Of a DNA stretch of 20,000 nt, positions 7,593 through 15,885 are shown in pieces. This stretch comes from an uncultured virus (IMG/VR IMGVR_UViG_3300042350_005045) (Duplodnaviria; Heunggongvirae; Uroviricota; Caudoviricetes), in the IMG/VR virus record IMGVR_UViG_3300042350_005045. One strand, written 5' to 3'. How positions within the stretch are numbered: position 1 is the stretch's first letter; each line of letters starts with the position of its first letter. A program made the translations under genes and the position numbers. The notes beneath the pieces were generated by a model. That model saw nothing but the letters and a program-made list of their open reading frames with translations. It did not search any database and was not told the origin of the DNA.

Positions 7593-8650
7593 TGGGTTTC
7601 CAGCAGCTACTGAATGCCCTTTCTACTGGCGCAAGTAAAAGCGCAGAAGCCAGTCGTCTTGCTTACTTAGAAGGTGAATATCACCCTAGTATTTTAAAAA
7701 GTGTTCCAGGGGTTAAAAATCTTGGTCGCCAACAAAGAGCACCTAAAGAACCAGCAAAAAAACTTGGCTTAGATGAAGCTGACGCACCTTTACCCGAAGG
7801 TTTCAGCATGGTCGCTGAAACAGAGGAAGAATCGCAGGCAATCCCTCTTGGTTACGAAGGTCATTTGAAAAGGTTAGGTGTTTCCTTTAAGGAAACACCT
7901 ATTGAAGCCTTAGGTGCTTTTGGAACACGCTTACTTACAGACCTTACAAACGATGGTACACGAGGCATCTATTGGCGTTATAACGATCCAAGGGCCATTG
8001 TTGATATTGCAGGACGCAAAGTAATTGGCGCAAAAGCATATGAAGAATTAGGTCCCACAAAGACGGGTCTTATTGGCGCTTCCATTATCATTCCAGCCAC
8101 AGCCGCCGCTGGTCACTATGACATATTCAATCCTGGAGAGCTATTCAGGCCTAAGGGTTACGCACAAGCCTATGCAGAAGAAGGCTCTGAAGATCGTAGA
8201 GAAACATCTCAACCTGTACCAGAATTGTTTGAACGCTTTTTCTTGGGGCGAACTGGGCGCCCATTAAATTACGAGACTGCAAAAAAAGATATTCCTTCTT
8301 TAACGCCCGAACGTTATGGAAACTATATGCGTAATTATTATCAAGACAAGGGTTTCCTTGGTCTTATAAAAGCAACCCCAGAGAATTTACAAGGCGTACC
8401 AGAAGTGCGTATGTTGGGCGTACCTGTAACTATTCCTTCTGCAACGGCAGCAATAGGTGGTATTGCCGGTGCTGCAACTGCAATTAAAACCGCGCCAACA
8501 GTGCGTGCTTCTTTTAAACGTGGTTTAGCAGGCGCCGCATTAGGTTCTGGTGCTGGCATCATTGCAGGCAACTTGGCTAACACTGTCCTTGCTGCAAAAG
8601 CAACCGAGCAAAAACTACCGACCATTGGTCAGTATGAAATAATGCAGTGA
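7592..8650 (+). CDS. Hypothetical protein (352 aa) with C-terminal glycine-zipper-like segments
   Basis: ORF track; TAATG coupling; GLAGAALGSGAGIIAG. Confidence 0.8.
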   Translation: MGFQQLLNALSTGASKSAEASRLAYLEGEYHPSILKSVPGVKNLGRQQRAPKEPAKKLGLDEADAPLPEGFSMVAETEEESQAIPLGYEGHLKRLGVSFKETPIEALGAFGTRLLTDLTNDGTRGIYWRYNDPRAIVDIAGRKVIGAKAYEELGPTKTGLIGASIIIPATAAAGHYDIFNPGELFRPKGYAQAYAEEGSEDRRETSQPVPELFERFFLGRTGRPLNYETAKKDIPSLTPERYGNYMRNYYQDKGFLGLIKATPENLQGVPEVRMLGVPVTIPSATAAIGGIAGAATAIKTAPTVRASFKRGLAGAALGSGAGIIAGNLANTVLAAKATEQKLPTIGQYEIMQ

Positions 8651-8681
8651 TAGAATTTATTCTATAAAGGTAACCAAATAA

Positions 8682-9551
8682 ATGGCACGTATTTTCACTG
8701 ATCCAACAACTGGCAAGACCTATGAAGGTGATCCAGTAACTGGGGACGTCCGTGAAGTTATTGGGTCAGGCCCTAGCACCGGTCTTCGCCAACGTGGTTC
8801 ACAAGTATTTGAGCAAGGTAAAGCAGGCTTAAAACAAGGTGCTGAAGCAGCACAGCAATTCCTTGGGCGTTACGGTAAATATGCTTTACCAGCCGGAGCA
8901 CTTGCCGTTGGTGTAATGCCAGCAGTTGGTGAAACTCTCCAAGAAATTGAAGCAGGCCGTCCCCTTGGCGCTTTAGGTGCACTCGCTCCTGCCGGTTTAT
9001 CCGCAGTCGGTGCGGGCATGCTGGGCCGTACAGGACAGGCAATGATTGGTAAAGGCGGTGTTGTTGGTAGCGCTATCGGCCTGGGTCTTATGGGTCTAGG
9101 TGCCATCCTCCCTGGCATTACTTCATCGGCTGCTTCGTCAGCTTATCAGTCAGCAACAGGCAAGCCGACTAAAGGCAAGGAGGGTGAGTTCAGCACCCAA
9201 ATGGCCATGAATAAGCAATTGGCTGAGCTGGGCACTACGCAATATCGTGACAACATGGGTGTTTATACCAGTAGTCTTATTGATCTAAGTAAGGCAACCG
9301 CCGATCAGGAATATCTTAATTTGCAACGTAATCTTCCTTTAATCAATAAAATGAAGAATGCTGATCTTGTTCGTCAGCAAGCATTGATGAATACACAGAA
9401 CCAAGGCTATATGCAACAAGGTGTCTTGGCAACAGCAGGTTCCTTGGCTCTTGGCGCACAACAGAATGTTGCCCAACTTACTAATACTGCCCTGCAAACC
9501 AATCCATACGCTGGCGCCATCATGCAAGCTCCTCAGATTCGTTTTGGGTGA
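8682..9551 (+). CDS. Gly/Ala-rich then Gln-rich protein, putative internal virion/ejection protein
   Basis: ORF track; composition; function is inference. Confidence 0.75.
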   Translation: MARIFTDPTTGKTYEGDPVTGDVREVIGSGPSTGLRQRGSQVFEQGKAGLKQGAEAAQQFLGRYGKYALPAGALAVGVMPAVGETLQEIEAGRPLGALGALAPAGLSAVGAGMLGRTGQAMIGKGGVVGSAIGLGLMGLGAILPGITSSAASSAYQSATGKPTKGKEGEFSTQMAMNKQLAELGTTQYRDNMGVYTSSLIDLSKATADQEYLNLQRNLPLINKMKNADLVRQQALMNTQNQGYMQQGVLATAGSLALGAQQNVAQLTNTALQTNPYAGAIMQAPQIRFG

Positions 9552-9556
9552 TACCA

Positions 9557-10024
9557 ATGACTTTTTTTGCGCAAGGACAACCTTTTAGCAGTGGCCCGAT
9601 CTGGGATCAGATGCGTTTTGGTGGCGAGCAAACTACCGGAACAATACCAATCGCAGGCAGTTACATGTCTGATTTTATTAGCTTTGCTTCCAATCCAGAT
9701 CTGGCAAAGTTACCCGAAGACATGAGGGGCTTTGCTGTGATGGGTGGAATATTAGGCATGCGTGATTTAGAGCAAGCCAAAAGATCAGAGGCAATGGCGG
9801 ATAAATATTTAGCCTATCAAGAACGCGCATCAGAAAGAGCGAATGAAATGGGTATCCGAAATCAAATTATCGGTTCCTTCCTTAAAGATGTACCGGCGGC
9901 AATTGGTGGCGCGTTCCGTGCACGTAATGCGTACCTGCCTGAACAAGTTCAAATTGCTGCAGCAGGTGCTGGTAGAGGCATTCCTTCCGTTACTTCTCCT
10001 AACTATTACGGATTTGTCCGATAA
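9557..10024 (+). CDS. Hypothetical protein
   Basis: ORF track 9548..10024; ATG 9557 preferred. Confidence 0.75.
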   Translation: MTFFAQGQPFSSGPIWDQMRFGGEQTTGTIPIAGSYMSDFISFASNPDLAKLPEDMRGFAVMGGILGMRDLEQAKRSEAMADKYLAYQERASERANEMGIRNQIIGSFLKDVPAAIGGAFRARNAYLPEQVQIAAAGAGRGIPSVTSPNYYGFVR

Positions 10025-10049
10025 AATAAACCTATAGAGGTAAACAACT

Positions 10050-10445
10050 ATGGCCGGTATTGCAGGACCACTTAGTTTTCTTGGCGCCGGCGCTAATGCT
10101 GGTGCAGGCGCAGCCGGCGGCGCAAGCATGGCAGCTTTAGGTCCATGGATGTTGGGTGCCACTGCTCTACAAGGCGGCTTCCAAGCAATTGGCGGTGCTA
10201 TGGAGCAGCAAGCAGCCGAGAAGGCGATGGAGGAAGCGCGGCGAACCAAGATTGTTGATGTAGGAATTGCTGGTTGGCTTGGTGAACGTGATAAAGCAAA
10301 TCAGATGGCTGCATTACGTGAAGGCAATTATTTCATGCAGAGCCCAACATTTCAATTCAATAAAGAACAAGATTTTAGCCAAGGGTTTATGACTGCTGGT
10401 AAGTTTAGTCCTTACTTGACTGGTTTGGCTGCAAGGTTGTCTTAA
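10050..10445 (+). CDS. Gly/Ala-rich putative internal virion (pilot-like) protein
   Basis: ORF track; GAGG SD; small-residue N-terminus followed by a helical Q/E/A segment. Confidence 0.7.
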   Translation: MAGIAGPLSFLGAGANAGAGAAGGASMAALGPWMLGATALQGGFQAIGGAMEQQAAEKAMEEARRTKIVDVGIAGWLGERDKANQMAALREGNYFMQSPTFQFNKEQDFSQGFMTAGKFSPYLTGLAARLS

Positions 10446-10487
10446 GCCTTTTGTCTTACAATAGTTTTAAGATAATTTTTGATAGAT

Positions 10488-11054
10488 ATGGCGTCAACAT
10501 TTGGCATTAACCCGAACGAAAGTCATCATACATCTTATTCGATGTTTGAAGACTACCCCGCCAAGACAGCTCGCCTTTCCGCGCAAGAACGCAAAGGAAT
10601 CAAAAAAACTGCCAGGGCTCTTTTTGAAACAAGTCCTGGTGATGCCATTAGTTATTTAGCGGGTCAGCGAGGCTATACCAATTTCAGGCCCGACTTGTTG
10701 ATGGGCAAGTTGATGACAAAACCGGTTGATTATGACCGGTTTAGGCTTGTTGGTGAGACTGCATTCCAAGATTTGCTTGGGCGTTCCATGTCTGATACAG
10801 ACTGGCAACAGGCAGCTGATTACGCTAAGGCAATGGGTGTAAAAGATCCCAATGCATTTGAGGCTTTACTTTCCAGGCGTCTTGCCTCTACACCGGAAGG
10901 TCAATCTAAAATCAAATCAGAAGCCGACTTAGCATGGGAGTCTCAATATGGCACAATGCAACGTGACGCAGAGAACAATTTATTGCGCGGTCTCTTTGCT
11001 TACGATCCAAATACAGTTAAACAACTCACCGCTTCAATGTTAGGCACTGCTTGA
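10488..11054 (+). CDS. Hypothetical protein
   Basis: ORF track 10479..11054; ATG 10488 preferred. Confidence 0.75.
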   Translation: MASTFGINPNESHHTSYSMFEDYPAKTARLSAQERKGIKKTARALFETSPGDAISYLAGQRGYTNFRPDLLMGKLMTKPVDYDRFRLVGETAFQDLLGRSMSDTDWQQAADYAKAMGVKDPNAFEALLSRRLASTPEGQSKIKSEADLAWESQYGTMQRDAENNLLRGLFAYDPNTVKQLTASMLGTA

Positions 11055-11113
11055 TTATTTTTGTTATTGATATACTGTTAAAATAAAAATAAAAGCAAAG
11101 CAATCTTACGGAT

Positions 11114-11635
11114 ATGTCAAAAAACAAGAACGAAGACAAGGATAAAAATAAGCAAGCGGCAGCCCTTGCAAAAAGCGCCCAACAAATCCTAGCTATTCAT
11201 CAGTCTAGCCAGACTCCTGCTGAAAAACAAAGCGCTATACAATCACTGGGCTTTACCCCAGTTGTTATAGGCGGTCAATCAGTTGCATCACAATCAGCTC
11301 AAGCTCAAAATACTCAACAAAATTCCTCGTCTTTCGATCAGCCTCAAGCTGGAGGCGCCGGAGCTATTCCTCCTGGCTTAATAAACCTACCAATGTACGA
11401 CGCGGCAAGAGAAGCCGCAAATCTTCAAATACAAAAAGACATTGAAGATCTTCGTCAAGCTGGCCAGACTGAACGCCAAAAACTTGTTAATGAAAACAAC
11501 GAGCTAATTAAAGGCATGGAATTAAAAGGAGAGCTGGATCTCCAAGGCATTGTGAATGCTGGTTACAAGAACATTGCCAATATTGAACGGGGTTCAAATA
11601 TGTTCTCTAGCATCATGGGTGCATTCAACTTCTAA
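11114..11635 (+). CDS. Gln-rich/coiled-coil hypothetical protein
   Basis: ORF track. Confidence 0.75.
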   Translation: MSKNKNEDKDKNKQAAALAKSAQQILAIHQSSQTPAEKQSAIQSLGFTPVVIGGQSVASQSAQAQNTQQNSSSFDQPQAGGAGAIPPGLINLPMYDAAREAANLQIQKDIEDLRQAGQTERQKLVNENNELIKGMELKGELDLQGIVNAGYKNIANIERGSNMFSSIMGAFNF

Positions 11636-11678
11636 GTTGTTTGTACTAAAATACTTGTAGAGTCTATCCTTTGTCCAA

Positions 11679-11984
11679 ATGGCTTACACCACAAGAGATT
11701 ACCTGGCAAATCCGGTTCAACGTGCGGGTGACCGAACTAATTTTAGGGCCACCAAGGAACAGCTCATGGGTGAGGGCATGAGCGAACCAGAGGCTCAAGC
11801 ATTGGCCGACGAAATCACTTCTCGAAAGTATGGTGGTGGCATGTCGAATGCTGAGCTGCAAGACTTTGAAACTCTCATCGGTCGCCTTGAGCAATCCAAA
11901 ATGAAACAAGCTGCTCAAGGTAATCGCGCTCGCCAACGTGATGTGATGGCCGGTGGTCTTGCCAGCATGATGACTAACTTCTGA
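11679..11984 (+). CDS. Hypothetical protein (101 aa)
   Basis: ORF track. Confidence 0.75.
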   Translation: MAYTTRDYLANPVQRAGDRTNFRATKEQLMGEGMSEPEAQALADEITSRKYGGGMSNAELQDFETLIGRLEQSKMKQAAQGNRARQRDVMAGGLASMMTNF

Positions 11985-11988
11985 TGAC

Positions 11989-12153
11989 ATGAAGGCTGAT
12001 AACGCTGGCTCTAGCGAACAAGCTGAATTCAATCGTTATCGTCAGGCTGCAGATGTGGCGTATCGATACGCAAAGAACAAGCTTGAATCCAAAATAAAAC
12101 CAGAAAAAGACCTAGGTGAGTCAGCGTTCGGCCCTGCTAAAGAAGAGGTTTAA
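11989..12153 (+). CDS. Hypothetical protein (54 aa, MKADNAGSSEQAEFNRYRQAADVAYRYAK...), not in the ORF track
   Basis: Manual translation; fills the gap between 11984 and 12157. Confidence 0.65.
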   Translation: MKADNAGSSEQAEFNRYRQAADVAYRYAKNKLESKIKPEKDLGESAFGPAKEEV

Positions 12154-12156
12154 AAA

Positions 12157-12453
12157 ATGGCATCCCCGTATACAGGCACTTCTGCTGATTGGGAGACACC
12201 CGAAAATCTTGATCCGTACGATCTACTATTTGACGAGGAAAAAGCTCGTAAAGCTGCATCTGCCGTTAAGATCTTCCAAGATGTTTCCGTTGGTTCTACC
12301 AAGGCAAAGATGAAGGAAGAAGGCGCTCAGCAACGTGCAACCATTGGAACCTCTGGTAAAGAACAACGTGAGACAGCAGCTCAAGCCCAGCGCTTCGCTC
12401 AGGAAGACGAAGCACGAGACTATAATCAGTCCCAAAGGGCATATCGATATTGA
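12157..12453 (+). CDS. Hypothetical protein (98 aa)
   Basis: ORF track; ATG 3 nt after the previous stop. Confidence 0.75.
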   Translation: MASPYTGTSADWETPENLDPYDLLFDEEKARKAASAVKIFQDVSVGSTKAKMKEEGAQQRATIGTSGKEQRETAAQAQRFAQEDEARDYNQSQRAYRY

Positions 12454-12940
12454 GATCTTCGGCCAATGGGTCGATAATCTTGATGCACCAACCGAAGAAG
12501 CGTTCACGGGTTTTTGCTCTGAAAACTATTCGGTCATTGAGTGCTATCTCTATGCACGTTTTCTTGGTTACACAGGCAGTATTGCAGGTTGTGATCTATG
12601 GGTACAAAAGAACTATCCCAAGCCTGATCACAGGGCGGTTCTTTTGAATGAAATTGAAGAGATGCAGGAAGATATTCGTAAACTTCGTGCGGACGTTGAT
12701 GACGGAATTGTTAAACGTGACGCTGGTGTTGCACGCATCGCTGGTATGCAAAAAGAATTGCGTGGTACTATCGCACAAGTTGAGCTGAGCACGGCCAATA
12801 AGGATCGCAAGGGCTTGCTTATGGCTGGCGCCGATCGTGCCATTCGTGAACTTCTCACCATCTTCAAAGACGACCCGATTGAAGTCCCCCTGGAAGAAGC
12901 ATCGATGAGTGTATGGGCTCATATGCAACTTGAAGAGTAG
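12368..12940 (+). CDS. Helical hypothetical protein, candidate terminase small subunit; start uncertain
   Basis: ORF track 12335..12940; globular-looking N-part plus coiled coil; close upstream of TerL; last standard start before the core is GTG 12368. Confidence 0.55.
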   Translation: MRQQLKPSASLRKTKHETIISPKGHIDIEIFGQWVDNLDAPTEEAFTGFCSENYSVIECYLYARFLGYTGSIAGCDLWVQKNYPKPDHRAVLLNEIEEMQEDIRKLRADVDDGIVKRDAGVARIAGMQKELRGTIAQVELSTANKDRKGLLMAGADRAIRELLTIFKDDPIEVPLEEASMSVWAHMQLEE

Positions 12941-12958
12941 ACCAAGTAAACTTGAAGG

Positions 12959-13228
12959 ATGAAGCAACCAGTTTCACAACCGCAATACGGGGAAAACATC
13001 GCTGGACGATTATTTGATGTTGCACGTCAACTTCAAAAGAATCGTGAGCGTGTAACTGGTTTTCGTCGTCCCACACCTGTTATTGATAAAGTAGCTGACG
13101 GCGAAAAAGTCATTGCTGCTTTACAAGCCAATAAACAAGATGAGCAAGAACAAGATGCCGCCAGAACTCCTGGAGCTCTTCAAAAAGAAGGAGGCCAAGA
13201 GGGAGGACGGCAGCGAAATGTCCGATAA
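12959..13228 (+). CDS. Hypothetical protein (89 aa)
   Basis: ORF track. Confidence 0.6.
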   Translation: MKQPVSQPQYGENIAGRLFDVARQLQKNRERVTGFRRPTPVIDKVADGEKVIAALQANKQDEQEQDAARTPGALQKEGGQEGGRQRNVR

Positions 13229-13304
13229 AGAGAAAAGGAAAGCAGCTCTGGACAAGGCTCGTAAATACAAGGAACAGAAGAAAAACAACAAGGACGAAGA
13301 ATAA
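13140..13304 (+). CDS. Small Lys/Glu-rich protein (MSKNKMPPELLELFKKK...)
   Basis: Track ORF 13113..13304, restarted at ATG 13140. Confidence 0.65.
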   Translation: MSKNKMPPELLELFKKKEAKREDGSEMSDKEKRKAALDKARKYKEQKKNNKDEE

Positions 13305-13339
13305 GGTAGTATTCAGTAATACACTGAACGATACTTATT

Positions 13340-14866
13340 GTGCCTGCTTACCAACATCTTGCATACCGTCGTAACGCACAAGCGGCTGCTCGCAGGCAAC
13401 AAATCCGAATTCCACGAAATCTTGAATCCCTGGAACGGGCACGCGAAGATTTTGGCTTTTTCTGTGAATACGTAGCAGATAAACCTCCGGCTGAACACCA
13501 CAAAGAATGGCATCGTCACTTTGTTACCAACGAAGACAGTAGCTGTTTACGTAAAATTGCTGGACCGAACGTTGATCTCTTGGCACCACGGGGTTCTGCC
13601 AAATCAACAGTTTTAGGCCTGTTTACCGCCTGGGCCATTGGTGTTCATACAGCAGCCAAGTTGCCGCTACAGATCCTGTACTTGTCATACACGGTTGACA
13701 TCGCACGTTCCAAGTCGGCAACCATTAAACGCATCATTGAAAGCAAGCGGTACCAAGAAGTCTTTCCGACCGTACGCCTTTTAAAGAACGTTACCAGTAA
13801 TGAGTACTGGTCCATTGACCACAAGTTTGCAGGCATAGATACCACTGGTGAGGAACAATTTACACTCTGCGCTGCAGGCCTTAAGGGTTCGGTGACCTCC
13901 AAGCGTTCACATCTGGTCATCATTGATGACGCCATCAAATCTGCTGCGGACATCTCCAACCCTGACATCAGGAAACAGATGCAGGACAACTGGAATGCTG
14001 TGATTGCACCCACCATGTTTGAAGGCGGTCGGGCAATCTGCCTTGGTACGCGCTTTAGACACGATGACATTCATGCCACAACTTTCAACCCGCAGAATAA
14101 TTGGCTGCAGATTGTTCTATCCGCCATCCTCAACGATCCCAAAACTGGGGACGAGATGTCGTATTGGCCATCGATGTGGTCTTTAGATTACCTAAAGGAA
14201 AAGAAACGACAGGCACCAATTGCTTTCTCGTTCCAGTACATGAATCAAGTCATCAGGCAAAACGAATTGTCGTTGGCGCCAGAGCTGATTGTCAAGGCGG
14301 AAATTGCAACGGAGTTTGATTCTCTTGGTATTGGAGTTGACTTGTCGGTTGGGACAAAAGAAAAAAATGATTACACTGTTATGGTTCTTGGCGGTCGCAT
14401 TGGCGACCAGATCCACATCATTGATTACAGACGTCTACGCGTCATGGGCAACCTGGAAAAACTGGATGCCCTTAAGGAGTTGCTCAACGATTGGTCGATC
14501 CTTGGCAAGGATGAAGGCGGTCATTACTTCCCGACCTACTCCACGTGTGATATCTGGAGTGAGGCGGTTGCGTACCAGGCATCCCTGGAGGCCGACTTCA
14601 AACGTGTATGCCTTACGAACGAGAGCCTATATAACCTGAATTGGCATGCTGTCAAAGGATTCCGCGCCGATAAATTAGCTCGTTTCCGTGGTTGCATGGG
14701 CATGTTTGAAGATCGCAAGATTATCTTTAATCGTTTCCGCAACTTCACAGTTATGTTTGAAGAATTGACTAACTTTGGTGTCAGTAGTCATGATGACTGC
14801 GTTGATGCATTGGTTTATCTATTGACCGGATTGATGCGCAAGGGGCAACTTCAACTTGATTACTAA
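13340..14866 (+). CDS. terL: Terminase large subunit
   Basis: Walker A LLAPRGSAKST, Walker B LVIIDD, coupling motif GTR, RNase H-like nuclease motifs GIGVDLS and HDDCVDA. Confidence 0.95.
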   Translation: MPAYQHLAYRRNAQAAARRQQIRIPRNLESLERAREDFGFFCEYVADKPPAEHHKEWHRHFVTNEDSSCLRKIAGPNVDLLAPRGSAKSTVLGLFTAWAIGVHTAAKLPLQILYLSYTVDIARSKSATIKRIIESKRYQEVFPTVRLLKNVTSNEYWSIDHKFAGIDTTGEEQFTLCAAGLKGSVTSKRSHLVIIDDAIKSAADISNPDIRKQMQDNWNAVIAPTMFEGGRAICLGTRFRHDDIHATTFNPQNNWLQIVLSAILNDPKTGDEMSYWPSMWSLDYLKEKKRQAPIAFSFQYMNQVIRQNELSLAPELIVKAEIATEFDSLGIGVDLSVGTKEKNDYTVMVLGGRIGDQIHIIDYRRLRVMGNLEKLDALKELLNDWSILGKDEGGHYFPTYSTCDIWSEAVAYQASLEADFKRVCLTNESLYNLNWHAVKGFRADKLARFRGCMGMFEDRKIIFNRFRNFTVMFEELTNFGVSSHDDCVDALVYLLTGLMRKGQLQLDY

Positions 14867-14897
14867 ACTCTAGAATTAGAAAAAAGCATTGTGTGCG

Positions 14898-15194
14898 GTG
14901 GGACCTGAATACTTAGCCATCGGCTTGACAGCCGTCATATCGGCTATCACAGGCGGCGGCTGGGCCGCATCTAAAATCTTGAGTCGTTATAACGATCAGG
15001 TCCAGCAAGCCTATAGTTACATAGGATCACAAAAGCGAAGGATTGATGTTTTGGAAGAAGATCTGAAACGCTTGCCATTGGAATATGTACTAAAGGTTGA
15101 TTTTTTAAGAGAAATCCAAGACATGCGCGACAACTTTCGCGAAATTAATAATAAGCTTGATAAACTAATCGAGACGATGCTTTCCGCTAAATGA
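14898..15194 (+). CDS. Small protein with N-terminal transmembrane segment and coiled coil (possible holin-like)
   Basis: Track ORF 14889..15194, GTG 14898; LAIGLTAVISAITGGGWAA followed by a heptad-rich region. Confidence 0.65.
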   Translation: MGPEYLAIGLTAVISAITGGGWAASKILSRYNDQVQQAYSYIGSQKRRIDVLEEDLKRLPLEYVLKVDFLREIQDMRDNFREINNKLDKLIETMLSAK

Positions 15195-15373
15195 GCTACA
15201 TCCTCGAGGTCCAGGAGGACGAAAACGGTGATCAGTACATCACCCTGCCTGACGAGGTAATTGAAGATTTGGGCTGGCAAGAAGGCGATATTCTTAATTG
15301 GGACGTACGCAGTAACGGCATTGTCCTCAGCAAAGTAAATGACGCTGCTGGCTACGAGGTTATAGAAGAGTAA
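15191..15373 (+). CDS. AbrB/MazE/SpoVT-family swapped-hairpin DNA-binding protein
   Basis: Signature ITLPDEVIEDLGWQEGDILNWDV...IVLSK. Confidence 0.8.
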   Translation: MSYILEVQEDENGDQYITLPDEVIEDLGWQEGDILNWDVRSNGIVLSKVNDAAGYEVIEE

Positions 15374-15398
15374 AATAAAAAGATTGGCGAGCAGTTAG

Positions 15399-15851
15399 AT
15401 GCGTTTTTACGGTGGTCAACCAGTTGACATGGGCAATGCTGGCGCACTTCAAGCGCAGTCACCCTTGTACACAACACCTCTTTACCCTGTGTGGGGTGGA
15501 GGTCCGCTTGTGCCAGGTGATGTCCCTGGGCGTGAAAGTTTCCTGGGACCTGCTCCTAAGCAACGCTACAAAATGTCAGCAGGCGTGGATGGGATTGGAA
15601 ATGTTGGTGGCCTAGTGTCCCAGGCTTATCCAATGGTTGGTGACACAATTAACATGGGTCCAGGAGAATATGATTATTCGAATATGCCTGTAATTCCTGA
15701 CGCACAAGAAGAGCAGTATCAACGAGAAATGATGATGGATGAGTTTCGTAACAGGGCATTCCCTCGTCCACAGCAAGAGTATGCAAACCCTGGACAATAT
15801 TTTGCGCAAAGCACACCATTGATAGGTATTGGTGGCAAAACTGTTTCTTGA
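15399..15851 (+). CDS. Low-complexity Gly/Pro-rich hypothetical protein
   Basis: ORF track; three GNxG-xxx-AQ-like motifs. Confidence 0.7.
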   Translation: MRFYGGQPVDMGNAGALQAQSPLYTTPLYPVWGGGPLVPGDVPGRESFLGPAPKQRYKMSAGVDGIGNVGGLVSQAYPMVGDTINMGPGEYDYSNMPVIPDAQEEQYQREMMMDEFRNRAFPRPQQEYANPGQYFAQSTPLIGIGGKTVS

Positions 15852-15885
15852 ACTGCTAAGCTTTAACTAACACAAGAGATAGATA

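Noticed and set aside
15191..15373. Complete toxin-antitoxin module
   Set aside because: Neither neighbour shows PIN, MazF or Fic features
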